From a virus, in IMG/VR virus record IMGVR_UViG_3300036852_000353, positions 16,435 through 80,434 of that record: 64,000 nucleotides of DNA, one strand, 5' to 3'. Position 1 is the stretch's first letter, and each line of letters starts with the position of its first letter. The position numbers were made by a program, and so were the translations under genes. Below, piece after piece: positions 51,610 to 60,024 of the stretch. The notes under the pieces were generated by a model that was given only the letters and a program-made list of their open reading frames with translations, was not told where the DNA came from and ran no database searches.

Positions 51610-52264
51610 CGGACTTCTTCGGGGCTCCTTCCGGCTCCTGGTCGATGCGCGGCAGCGGGCATCCCCGGTAGTGCTGCGGCAGACTCTGCGGCGTGGTGAA
51701 CGCCAGGCCCAGCTTGATGCACTGCGCGTGGGCCCGGCACTGGTAGCGGGGCTCGCCGTTGCTCTCCCGGGGCAGGATGCCCTCGGGGTCTTCCCAGGCG
51801 ATGTCCCACGCCCTGAGACCGTCATGGATCATGTCGGCGTGGGAGTTGCGGTCGGAGTAGTTGACGAGTTTCGGCCCGCCGCCTTCGGTGGGGTGCGGCA
51901 GCGGGCAGAGGATGCGGCGGACGGGCTTGTCGGATTTGCCCTCCTCGGCCTTGTCTTCGATGGGCAGCTGCTCGGCGGCCTGGGGAGGGGGAGCACCCAG
52001 TTCCTTTGGCTTGGCAGTCTTCACTGCCTTGGCCCTCTTCCTGGGTGGTGCTTCCTCCTGAGCGGGGGCTGGGATCTCCCGGCCGCAGTCGACGAAGAGC
52101 CGCACGAACTCCTGGAAGAACACCTCATCCCTGCCGCACACGTCGACTTCCACCGGCGGGCGCCCGTCGACGGCGATGGTGTGCTGAGCAACAGCTTCCG
52201 TGTTGGGGAGGTCGTGCTGGTTGCAGGGATCGCATACTTCGATCCACTTGATGTCCTTGGCCAT
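51584..52264 (-). CDS. Lsr2-like N-terminal domain fused to a Cys/His C-terminus
   Basis: MAKDIKWIEVCD...EAVAQHTIAVDGRPPVEVDVC...GR follows the Lsr2 oligomerisation-domain pattern. Confidence 0.55.
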   Translation of the reverse strand: MAKDIKWIEVCDPCNQHDLPNTEAVAQHTIAVDGRPPVEVDVCGRDEVFFQEFVRLFVDCGREIPAPAQEEAPPRKRAKAVKTAKPKELGAPPPQAAEQLPIEDKAEEGKSDKPVRRILCPLPHPTEGGGPKLVNYSDRNSHADMIHDGLRAWDIAWEDPEGILPRESNGEPRYQCRAHAQCIKLGLAFTTPQSLPQHYRGCPLPRIDQEPEGAPKKSDERAASSQ

Positions 52265-52620
52265 CAGCGGTTCGCCTTGCTCCGGTACTCGGCCTCGACG
52301 GCGGCTTCCCGGAAGACGGCGCGGCCGTCGCTGTCGAGGCGGCCGGTGCCCTTCGGCATCAGGTAGCCGTCGGGGTATTCCGACGTCGCATTGAGGATGT
52401 GGCCGCCGCTGATGACGTAGTGCCGCTTGTAGCCGCAGCGGCGGCAGCGGCGTGTGCGGATGTAGGTGCCGTTCTCGTCCATCTGGACGTCGTGCTTGGC
52501 CATGCTGTGGCCGTCGCTGCGGCACTCCACCCACGCCTGCTTGATGGTGCTGGCGAACTCCTGGACGTCGCCCACTTCGGCGATGGGCGACGCCTGCTTC
52601 TTCCTGCGGTTGGCAGCCAT
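52264..52620 (-). CDS. Zn-binding hypothetical protein
   Basis: VECRSDGH...RCRRCG. Confidence 0.7.
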   Translation of the reverse strand: MAANRRKKQASPIAEVGDVQEFASTIKQAWVECRSDGHSMAKHDVQMDENGTYIRTRRCRRCGYKRHYVISGGHILNATSEYPDGYLMPKGTGRLDSDGRAVFREAAVEAEYRSKANR

Positions 52621-52685
52621 GCGGATGTCCTTTGTGGTGGTGGTGATCCGGTGGTGTGCAGGTTACCTGCACACCACCGGGTGTT

Positions 52686-52958
52686 TCAGCGGCTGGTCGG
52701 GGATTTACGGCCCCTGAGTTCGCTGGCCTTCTTCTTGCCTGCTTTGGTGACGGTGTAGACGGGGCTGTTGTCCTCCAGCTTCTCGTCGAGGAAGCCGTGG
52801 CGGACCAGGCCCTGGCACACGGCGTCGGTCAGCGCCCGGTTCTCGTCGTACAAGGCGTCGCCGTCCTTCAGGCGCCAGACGGGCTCCTTGCGTTTGGCCG
52901 CGGTGAGCTTGAGGAGCACCTCGGCGTGGGCTGTGCCGAAGGGGAGCTGCCGCGTCAT
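52686..52958 (-). CDS. Hypothetical (winged-helix-like) protein
   Basis: ATGA coupling; LVRHGFL...YTVTKAG. Confidence 0.6.
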   Translation of the reverse strand: MTRQLPFGTAHAEVLLKLTAAKRKEPVWRLKDGDALYDENRALTDAVCQGLVRHGFLDEKLEDNSPVYTVTKAGKKKASELRGRKSPTSR

Positions 52959-53338
52959 CGCCGCGCCTTCTTCCTGCTGTAGTCGACAGCCGAGTTGTAG
53001 CGGTCGCCCGCCCCCAGGGCGTTGTAGGCGGCCTTGTCGCACACCTCGATCTCCTTGCCGGTGTAGTCGGCGCGGATGTCGAGTTCGTAGCACTCCGGCT
53101 TGGTGGTGGCCGTGGCGGTGATGGACCCGGTCGTCACCGTCGTGCAGGTGCGCTTGCCCTTCTTGACGGTGCAGACCCGCTCCTTGACGGGCTTGTTCGT
53201 CTTCTTCGTCTTGGCGGGCTCGTACTCCTTTTCGATGACGGTGCCCTTGACGGGCCTGGTGTGGGTGTCGGCGCCGCAGGCGGTGATCAGGAGCACCGGT
53301 GCAGCGATGAGGGCGGCGATTACGAGGCTGGTTCTCAT
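52955..53338 (-). CDS. Lipoprotein
   Basis: Hydrophobic N-terminus ending LITAC; GACAAGGAAG RBS. Confidence 0.75.
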   Translation of the reverse strand: MRTSLVIAALIAAPVLLITACGADTHTRPVKGTVIEKEYEPAKTKKTNKPVKERVCTVKKGKRTCTTVTTGSITATATTKPECYELDIRADYTGKEIEVCDKAAYNALGAGDRYNSAVDYSRKKARR

Positions 53339-53419
53339 AGACGATGTGTCGTCTTCCTTGTCAGATGCGGAAACGGCGGCCAGCTGCAGGGGCTGGCCGC
53401 CGTCCTAGTGTGGCGCTTC

Positions 53420-54838
53420 TTACCGGAGGTTTCCAGGAATCGGCAACTCCGTGGTGATCGTGCTATGTGGGTCGTAGAGCGTGTGGACTGGCGCCGTCAA
53501 CTTCCGTAGTGGCATGGTCTCCTCGTGCCGCTGCGCCGGGATGATCACCTTCGGCGGTGCTTCATCCGCGGTGCTCTTGCGCGTTCCCCAGTGGGTGGTC
53601 CGTGCCTGTGTGATGGCCCAGTACATGGCGGGCTTGATGAGGAGCAGGTTCAGCAGCGAGACGAGCGGCGTCAGGAAGAGCCACGCAACGAACTTCTGTC
53701 CTGTACTCATCTCGGGGCGCAGTGCCACGTACATGCCCGTCTGCGCGTAGGTCATGATGACCCAGTACCCGAAGCCTTGGAGGAATACGAAGTATTCGCC
53801 CTGGTGGTACGGAAGCGCGAAGAACACCCAGGCGTAGAGAACAGGCGCGACTCCTGTGAGCACCATGCCGTACAGCCGGAAGAAGAGCGGTGCACCCTCG
53901 AAGTAGGTCAGTTCGTAGCCGACGTACTTCCAGTAGGACTTGAACCACCGTACTCGTTGCGTCCAGAGTTCCCCCAGGCCTGTCGGCATGGCGCTATACA
54001 CGAGTGCTTCGTTGACGGCGACGACCTGTCCACGCTGGAGTGCGTAGTGCGTGAGACGGCGGTCGTCGCCTGCGGTGCCGGAGGTGATGTAGTCCTCAAG
54101 GTTGTTGAGGACCAGCTCCTTGCGGTAGACCGCGAGGATTCCGGATGTCGGTGCTACGGCGCCGAGCTGGGAGCGTGCCATGCGGGTGACCAGGCACCAG
54201 GTGACGATCTCGACGTCGATGACGCGGGTCAGCCAGTTGTCGAGGCGGTTACGCACCAGTGTCAGGCCGGTGCATGCCTGGATTCGGGCGTCCGACATGG
54301 CCTTCATGCAGTGCCAGAGGGCCATCCTGTGGAGCACCGAGTCGGAGTCCACCGTCAGGAGCATGTCGTAGGAAGCGGGGTCGACGCGTCGCAGGACGTA
54401 GGCCTGTGCGTGACGCTTGCCCGCGTTGGCCTGCCGGTGCCACGTCACCAGCGGGTGGTCGAAGGGGACCACAGGCACCCGGGATCCATCGTCGACCACG
54501 TGAATCGCTTGGGGCGGGCGCGCCTGGTTGATGAGCGCCCACACCGTAGCGTAGAGCGCTTCTTGCGGTTCGTTGTAGGCGGGCACGATTGCGAGGACAC
54601 GCGCCGGGGAAGGCGGGTAGTGCTGGAAGCTGCGCCCCCGGATGGCGGCAGTGAGAGAGAAGACCATTACCACCGTGATGACGCAGTAGAAGACCAGCGC
54701 TACACCGAAAGACTGCTTGCTCCACATGAAGTGGTACAGCAGCGACCATGCGGTGGCCGCCAGGATGGCGGCCACACACACGAACACCTGCCAGGGGGAG
54801 CGGGTCCTCCTGGGCTTCATGCGGTGTTTATTACCCAC
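53420..54838 (-). CDS. Processive GT2 glycosyltransferase, hyaluronan-synthase-like
   Basis: Two N-terminal TMs; PAYNE, VVDDGS, GKRHA, TVDSD, GDDRRLT, QRVRW; C-terminal TMs. Confidence 0.88.
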   Translation of the reverse strand: MGNKHRMKPRRTRSPWQVFVCVAAILAATAWSLLYHFMWSKQSFGVALVFYCVITVVMVFSLTAAIRGRSFQHYPPSPARVLAIVPAYNEPQEALYATVWALINQARPPQAIHVVDDGSRVPVVPFDHPLVTWHRQANAGKRHAQAYVLRRVDPASYDMLLTVDSDSVLHRMALWHCMKAMSDARIQACTGLTLVRNRLDNWLTRVIDVEIVTWCLVTRMARSQLGAVAPTSGILAVYRKELVLNNLEDYITSGTAGDDRRLTHYALQRGQVVAVNEALVYSAMPTGLGELWTQRVRWFKSYWKYVGYELTYFEGAPLFFRLYGMVLTGVAPVLYAWVFFALPYHQGEYFVFLQGFGYWVIMTYAQTGMYVALRPEMSTGQKFVAWLFLTPLVSLLNLLLIKPAMYWAITQARTTHWGTRKSTADEAPPKVIIPAQRHEETMPLRKLTAPVHTLYDPHSTITTELPIPGNLR

Positions 54839-54989
54839 GGGTGCCGTTCCGCTTGGCCACGCGGTAGGTGAACGCGCCGATCAGGATCAGCGCGATGACT
54901 ATCGCAAGGAGCCAGTCGATGCCCACCCCCACGCCGAAAATCGTCAGCGTGCCCAACCCCGTCTTCGCGAGGGCTCCTTCGTCGTACAT
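54831..54989 (-). CDS. 52-aa peptide with LAKTG motif, TM helix and basic tail
   Basis: MYDEGALAKTGLGTLTIFGVGVGIDWLLAIVIALILIGAFTYRVAKRNGTRG; GACAAGGAAGG RBS; stop overlaps the GT2 start. Confidence 0.8.
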   Translation of the reverse strand: MYDEGALAKTGLGTLTIFGVGVGIDWLLAIVIALILIGAFTYRVAKRNGTRG

Positions 54990-55012
54990 GATTTCCTTCC
55001 TTGTCGGTGCGG

Positions 55013-56278
55013 CTAGAGCCGCTCGATGTGTGGGGCCGTCGGCATGACGCCCCGGGTGTCCAGCACGTAGGTCGCGTAGACGGCGACGTGCTGGAGATCG
55101 AAGGCCGTGTGCGGCGTGAGCAGCACGACGGCGTCGTAGTCCCCGATGTTGAGATCGTGACGGTCGGGAATCTCCTTGAGCTGGTCGAGGTCCCCCTCAG
55201 GGAAGAAGGGGTCGACCACGGTGACGCGGGCTCCGGCCTCGCGCAGCAGGTCAATGACGTCGGTGGCCGGGGATTCGCGCATGTCGGCGGTGTCAGGCTT
55301 GTAGGCCTGGCCGAGCGCGAGGATGAAGGCGCCGTTGAGCGCCTGGCCGTAGCGCTGGCTGAGACCGTCCTGCAGACGGCGTACGACATAGGCGGGCTGG
55401 TTGTCGTTGATCTCCTGCGCCAGTTCGACGAGGCGGAACGTGGCGCCGAACTCGGTACGCAGATGGTGGGTCAGGTAGACCGGGTCGCAGGGGATGCAGT
55501 GGCCTCCGACGCCGGGCCCGGGGGTGAACTTGGTGAAGCCGAAGGGCTTGGTGGCGGCGAGGTTGAGGACGTGGTGGACATTGACGCCGAGGGTGTGGGC
55601 GTGCCGCTGGAGTTCGTTGACCAGCGCGATGTTGACCTGGCGGTAGGTGTTTTCGAACACCTTGGCCAGCTCGGCTTCTTCGAGGCTGTCGGCCGGGACC
55701 AGGTGAGCGGTGATGCCCTGGTAGAACTCCATCACCTTGGCCAGGCAGTCTTCGGTGAGGCCGGAGATGATCTTCGGGGTCTTTTGGAACGTCCAGATGT
55801 GGTTACCGGGGTCGATGCGCTCCGGGCTGAAGCCGACGTGGAAGTCCTTGCCCGCGGTGAGTTCGGAGGCCGTCTCCAGGATGGGGATGACGACGCTGTG
55901 GGTGGTGCCCGGGTAGGTCGTCGACTCCAGGATGACGGTGGCGCCGGGGTTCAGGTACATCGCCACTGTGGTGACGGCGCTTTCGACGTAGCTGAGGTCG
56001 GGGGCGCCCTTCTTCACGGGTGTGGGGACCGTGATGATGGCGACGTCGAAGTCCTTCATGTGGTGTTCGTCGTTGATGGGGCGGTACAGCCCGTGCAGGC
56101 CAGCGAGGGTCTCCTGCAGCTGGAGGGAGGTGATGTCTTCTACGTAGGAGATGCCTGCTGTCAGCTGCTGGTAGCGCTGCTGGTCGGGTTCGTAGCCGAG
56201 TACTTCATGGCCCGCTTGCGCGGCAGCCATGGCCAGGGGCAGGCCGACGTAGCCCTGCCCCATGACGAGAATCTTCAC
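55013..56278 (-). CDS. Nucleotide-sugar 6-dehydrogenase (WbpA/WecC/TviB type)
   Basis: GQGYVGLP Rossmann motif, ESTTYPGTT, SPERIDPG, KVFENTYRQVNIA, PGPGVGGHCIPCDP, YKPDTADMRESP. Confidence 0.93.
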   Translation of the reverse strand: MKILVMGQGYVGLPLAMAAAQAGHEVLGYEPDQQRYQQLTAGISYVEDITSLQLQETLAGLHGLYRPINDEHHMKDFDVAIITVPTPVKKGAPDLSYVESAVTTVAMYLNPGATVILESTTYPGTTHSVVIPILETASELTAGKDFHVGFSPERIDPGNHIWTFQKTPKIISGLTEDCLAKVMEFYQGITAHLVPADSLEEAELAKVFENTYRQVNIALVNELQRHAHTLGVNVHHVLNLAATKPFGFTKFTPGPGVGGHCIPCDPVYLTHHLRTEFGATFRLVELAQEINDNQPAYVVRRLQDGLSQRYGQALNGAFILALGQAYKPDTADMRESPATDVIDLLREAGARVTVVDPFFPEGDLDQLKEIPDRHDLNIGDYDAVVLLTPHTAFDLQHVAVYATYVLDTRGVMPTAPHIERL

Positions 56279-56419
56279 AGGGATTGCCCTTCCTTTTCAC
56301 GGATCATCGTACTGGTCAGAAGTTGACGTTCTGCTTGTAGTGACGCATCTGAGACATGCGTCAGCCCGGAACCTCAGGCTCCGGGCTGAGTTGGTGTTGT
56401 GATCAGCAGTTGTGGCTGA

Positions 56420-56617
56420 CTAGAAGCCCCAGGCCTCATCGCACATGTCGACGATCTCGGCCAACAGGATGTTGCCTTCGGTGACGGAGTCCGACCAGGC
56501 GGACGCGTCGGGGTAGTCGGCGTCAATCATCTTCTGTCGCTTGTCGCGCCAGCCTTTGGCCTCGACCAGCTTGCGCTGCAACTTCGGGGGGATGTGGTGG
56601 GTGGGTTCGCTGTCCAT
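56420..56617 (-). CDS. Hypothetical protein
   Basis: AGGAG RBS. Confidence 0.6.
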   Translation of the reverse strand: MDSEPTHHIPPKLQRKLVEAKGWRDKRQKMIDADYPDASAWSDSVTEGNILLAEIVDMCDEAWGF

Positions 56618-56723
56618 GGCGTTCTCCTGTTGGTGGTGGGGTGAGGTGCGGCACTCGCGAGAGTGGCGTCCAACCCGGCCCGACGCCGTGCTGCACCTCC
56701 TTACCGGCCAGTCGACCCTCACA

Positions 56724-56933
56724 TCATGCGGCGTTCCTGTGCACTGCCTGGCGGATCTCGTCGCTTCTGCGGACTAGGCAGCCGTCGCATGTGCAGGCTT
56801 CGGGATGGCTGAGGGTGTCCTGGCGGCGGGCGGCGGCGAGGGCCTTGATCTCGTCGACCAGCTGCTCGTTGCTGTCAGGCAACGGGCTCTCCCCGATGGC
56901 CCAGGGGTTGGGGATGTCCTTCTTGCGTGCCAT
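56724..56933 (-). CDS. Hypothetical protein
   Basis: Coupled; H..CTCDGC. Confidence 0.6.
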   Translation of the reverse strand: MARKKDIPNPWAIGESPLPDSNEQLVDEIKALAAARRQDTLSHPEACTCDGCLVRRSDEIRQAVHRNAA

Positions 56934-57184
56934 CAGATGACCTCCGCGTGCAGAATCCGGGCGGGTGCGACGTCACTCTTGATCATGCCGTCGTCGGTAC
57001 GGGCGAAAACGCCGGAGGGTCCGATGGACAGGACGTTGCCCTGGTACACGCCGTAGACGCTGTCGTCGGTGAAGGTGACGCGGAGGATGCCGTGGGCGGT
57101 GACGTGGCTGTAGGTGGCTCCGTAGTGGAGGGCCTTCAGGGTTGTGAGTGAGTAGCGCGGTTCCTCTGCGATGAGCTGTTTCAT
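56933..57184 (-). CDS. Hypothetical protein
   Basis: GACAAGGAAGG RBS. Confidence 0.65.
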   Translation of the reverse strand: MKQLIAEEPRYSLTTLKALHYGATYSHVTAHGILRVTFTDDSVYGVYQGNVLSIGPSGVFARTDDGMIKSDVAPARILHAEVI

Positions 57185-57265
57185 AGGGTCTGAGCCCTTC
57201 CTTGTCGTGTTCCGGGAGTCGGCCCGGCTCCGTCAACTCCTGTCTGGACCGTGTCCAGTTTGCGA

Positions 57266-57796
57266 TCAGGCTCCTTTCAGGTCATACACGGTAACGGGGA
57301 TACCACACGCAGTGAGGGTGTTTTGGATGATCGGTTCGATTTCATCCCAGGTGCCGCCGCCGAGACCGCATCCGATGCGCGGCATGTGGACGGAGGCTTC
57401 GTTGAGGTAGGCGATGTGGGCGACCTGTTCCAGACAGGAGTGCACCGCGTCGTAGTCGACGGCGCGGGGTGCGCTGCTGTGGTGCCGGATGCCCCGCTGG
57501 GCGATCATGTTGGCGACCAGGGTCCTGGACTCGTAGTCCGCCTGCTCCATGGGGCGCGGGTTGTAGTGGGTGAGCTGGATCTGTCCCAGCGTGAACGGGA
57601 CTTCTTGGTCGCCGTTCTTGTAGAAGGTGTTCTCGGCCCAGTGGCGGTAGCACATCTCCGGTTCACGGTCGCGCTTGGAGAGTGCGACCACGAATCCACT
57701 GCCCCACTTGCCCTTGTCGTTACAGACGTGCGCGATGATCTTGAGGCCGTCGCCCTGGGGGTCGGTGGCATCGCCGGTGGTGTAGGTGATGGTCAA
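57266..57796 (-). CDS. Macrodomain ADP-ribose hydrolase (TARG1/DarG/SCO6735-like)
   Basis: GDAT, IIAHVCNDKGKWGSGF, VANMIAQRG, VHMPRIGCGLGGGTW, GIPVTVYD; TTG overlaps the upstream stop. Confidence 0.9.
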   Translation of the reverse strand: MTITYTTGDATDPQGDGLKIIAHVCNDKGKWGSGFVVALSKRDREPEMCYRHWAENTFYKNGDQEVPFTLGQIQLTHYNPRPMEQADYESRTLVANMIAQRGIRHHSSAPRAVDYDAVHSCLEQVAHIAYLNEASVHMPRIGCGLGGGTWDEIEPIIQNTLTACGIPVTVYDLKGA

Positions 57797-58071
57797 GTTG
57801 CTGCCTTCTGCTTCCTCGTCAGGGAGATGCCGGGCCTCTTCGGGCTGGCTGCCCGGGGCGGGCAGGGAGGCAGCTGCGCGGGCTGGTGGTTGAGCCGGTC
57901 GCATTCGGCGTCGGCGCTGGTGTAGTCGGGGTGCTGGCTGATGAAGGTGTACGTCTCCTTCTCGCCGAGGGCCACGGCGACCCACTCCTTCAGATGGACC
58001 ACGGCGTAGTCCTTGGTGGGGTTCAGCCGCATGCCGCGGTGCAGGACTATGTAGGGGTGCGAGGTTTTCAT
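57793..58071 (-). CDS. Hypothetical protein
   Basis: Coupled ORF. Confidence 0.6.
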   Translation of the reverse strand: MKTSHPYIVLHRGMRLNPTKDYAVVHLKEWVAVALGEKETYTFISQHPDYTSADAECDRLNHQPAQLPPCPPRAASPKRPGISLTRKQKAAT

Positions 58072-58439
58072 GTGCGGCGTCCTCTCCTTACGGCTTCGGC
58101 GCGGATGGCGTCGGCGGGGTAGAGCGCGATCATGCGTCCGCTGTTCTCGTCTTGTCGTTCACGGGATCTCTTGATACCCCAGCGGGACAGGGCGGAGCGG
58201 GCGGCGGCTGCATCGCGGTAGCCGAGGTACTCGGCTGTCTCGGCTGCGTTCCACGCTTCGGCTGTGTCCGCTTTTGCTGCCTCTTCAACAGCAGCCGTGA
58301 CGTACCGGTCGATCAGCTTCATGGCGGCAGCGACGTCGCTGTCACAGGAGCAGTGGCAGAAGGGACACATCTCCTCGTTGCCGCCCGGACATCCGATGAT
58401 CAGTTCGCGTAGCTGTTGTTCGAGTTCGTCACGGTTCAT
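58068..58439 (-). CDS. Protein with C-terminal HTH
   Basis: WNAAETAEYLGY...ARSALSRWGI...LYPADAIRA. Confidence 0.7.
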   Translation of the reverse strand: MNRDELEQQLRELIIGCPGGNEEMCPFCHCSCDSDVAAAMKLIDRYVTAAVEEAAKADTAEAWNAAETAEYLGYRDAAAARSALSRWGIKRSRERQDENSGRMIALYPADAIRAEAVRRGRRT

Positions 58440-58821
58440 GGTGTGGTTCCCTGCCAGGGTGCGAGGTATACGACGAGCCAGGAGACGGCCAGCCAGCAGA
58501 GAATGACGGATACGCAGCCGATGCAGTACTCGGCGACGGGGTTACGCTCGCGTGGTGGTGGCTCTTGCGCCGTCTCGTGATCCATTGCCCTATGTTTTTC
58601 AGGAGTGCCAGGACGTCGGCAACGATCCTCGCGATGAAGGCGGCGGTCCACAAGATGGACGCGGCGGCCATGGGGGCGATGTAGCCGGTTGCCAGCAGCC
58701 AGTCGGTCCGCGTGGAGGGTACGGGCAGCACGCCGATGGTGATGACCAGCCACTCTGCGAGTGTGAGGACCGTGAGGCAGACGAGCAGGCAGCCCAGGGC
58801 GGATCTTCGTGGAGCGGCCAT
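58429..58821 (-). CDS. Membrane protein
   Basis: Two TM helices then RRRK; GACAAGGAAGG RBS. Confidence 0.6.
   Translation of the reverse strand: MAAPRRSALGCLLVCLTVLTLAEWLVITIGVLPVPSTRTDWLLATGYIAPMAAASILWTAAFIARIVADVLALLKNIGQWITRRRKSHHHASVTPSPSTASAAYPSFSAGWPSPGSSYTSHPGREPHHEP
58436..58585 (-). CDS. Possible small membrane protein
   Basis: Hydrophobic C-terminal half; stop overlaps next ATG; lies within the tail of the upstream ORF. Confidence 0.35.
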   Translation of the reverse strand: MDHETAQEPPPRERNPVAEYCIGCVSVILCWLAVSWLVVYLAPWQGTTP

Positions 58822-58855
58822 CGGGCCGTCCTTCCTTGTCGGGGTGGTGCGGGTG

Positions 58856-59128
58856 TTACTCGTCGATCTCGCGTGCGGAGAAGGAGCAGACGCGCGGGAT
58901 GTAGGCGCCGGTGGCCTGCGCCGCATCGTGCAGGATGGGGCGCGCTGTGTCCATGGCGTCGTACACGGTGTCGGCGTCGACCTGCCAGCACAGGTGGACC
59001 TGCTTGTTGACGCGGTCGAACTTGACGAACGATCCGAAGCCGAGGATCTGCCGGATGGCGAGCGTCTCCGTGGTCTTGAGCCATCCCACGTCTGCGATGA
59101 CGCTTTCGATGCTGTAGGTCTGTATCAC
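58856..59128 (-). CDS. Hypothetical protein
   Basis: AGGAGG RBS, GTG. Confidence 0.7.
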   Translation of the reverse strand: MIQTYSIESVIADVGWLKTTETLAIRQILGFGSFVKFDRVNKQVHLCWQVDADTVYDAMDTARPILHDAAQATGAYIPRVCSFSAREIDE

Positions 59129-59176
59129 TGTTTCACCTCCTTGAACAGGGTCTGTGCTCATGGGTGTTGTGGATGG

Positions 59177-59371
59177 TCATGGTGCCTCCCAGTCGACGCA
59201 GCCGTTGAGGAACATGGCGGCCTCCAATGCGGTGTCGTGGTCGGTGTAGTTGCCGATCCGCTGGGTGGGGCGGTGCGGGCTGTGGCGTGCTATCTGGAAG
59301 CAGCCGTCCAGCTCTGTGTGCGGCTCGACGCGGTACTCGGCGACGGGCCTGGGTAAGGGATCGGCTGGCAC
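59177..59371 (-). CDS. Hypothetical protein
   Basis: GGAGG RBS, GTG. Confidence 0.55.
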   Translation of the reverse strand: MPADPLPRPVAEYRVEPHTELDGCFQIARHSPHRPTQRIGNYTDHDTALEAAMFLNGCVDWEAP

Positions 59372-59385
59372 GGCTGCCTCCGGCG

Positions 59386-59538
59386 TCAGGCGGTGAGCAT
59401 CTGGATCAGGACCCACCCGGCGACGGCGGCGATGGACCACCAGATGCAGAAGCGGGTCAATGGGTGATGCCGATCGTTTCTCCAGAGATAGACCCAGGTA
59501 TCGACATCTTGGTCGTACTCGTCGTCGTAGTCGTTCAC
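59386..59538 (-). CDS. 50-aa membrane protein
   Basis: GACAAGGAAG RBS; acidic N-terminus plus one TM. Confidence 0.6.
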   Translation of the reverse strand: MNDYDDEYDQDVDTWVYLWRNDRHHPLTRFCIWWSIAAVAGWVLIQMLTA

Positions 59539-60024
59539 TGACTTCCTTGTCGTGGCATCTCGCTGCAGAACGGGTCGATATCGCAGACCCGGTCGTGAAG
59601 ATAGCTGCCGTGGACGCAGCGTGGGCGGTTGTAGTCGGGATTGTGATCCCGGCCGGGTGCCCGGCGCGGCTCACCGGCGCGCTTGTGCCAGAAGAGGGGC
59701 TCGTCCTGGGTGCCCGGCGCGGCTCACCGGCGCGCTTGTGCCAGAAGAGGGGCTCGTCCTGGGTGCCCGGCGCGGCTCACCGGCGCGCTTGTGCCAGAAG
59801 AGGGGCTCGTCCTGGGTGTCCGGCTCCCAGAGCAGGAGTGCGGCGTAGGCATGGTGGTAGGTCTTGAAGCACCAGCCATATGTGGGCATGTTCCGCTGGT
59901 CGATGCCGATGAGCCGGTGGTTGAGGCCCATGCGGACAATCAGGTAGCGGTGCGTGCCGTCCGTTGCCAGCTCTGCGGCCTTCCACGCCGCGTTGAGGGC
60001 GTGGGGCTGCTCATGGAGCTGCAT
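59535..60024 (-). pseudogene. Gene frameshifted by a 53-bp tandem triplication
   Basis: Removing two repeat units (106 nt) gives a 384-nt ORF whose TGA overlaps the next GTG. Confidence 0.7.
59655..59824. repeat. Three perfect 53-bp tandem copies plus an 11-nt partial copy
   Basis: Units start at 59655, 59708 and 59761; partial gggtgtccggc at 59814. Confidence 0.97.

Noticed and set aside
59655-59824. Repeat array as a CRISPR
   Set aside because: Units are head-to-tail with no spacers, and no cas operon is present; the Cas4-like gene is a normal phage exonuclease
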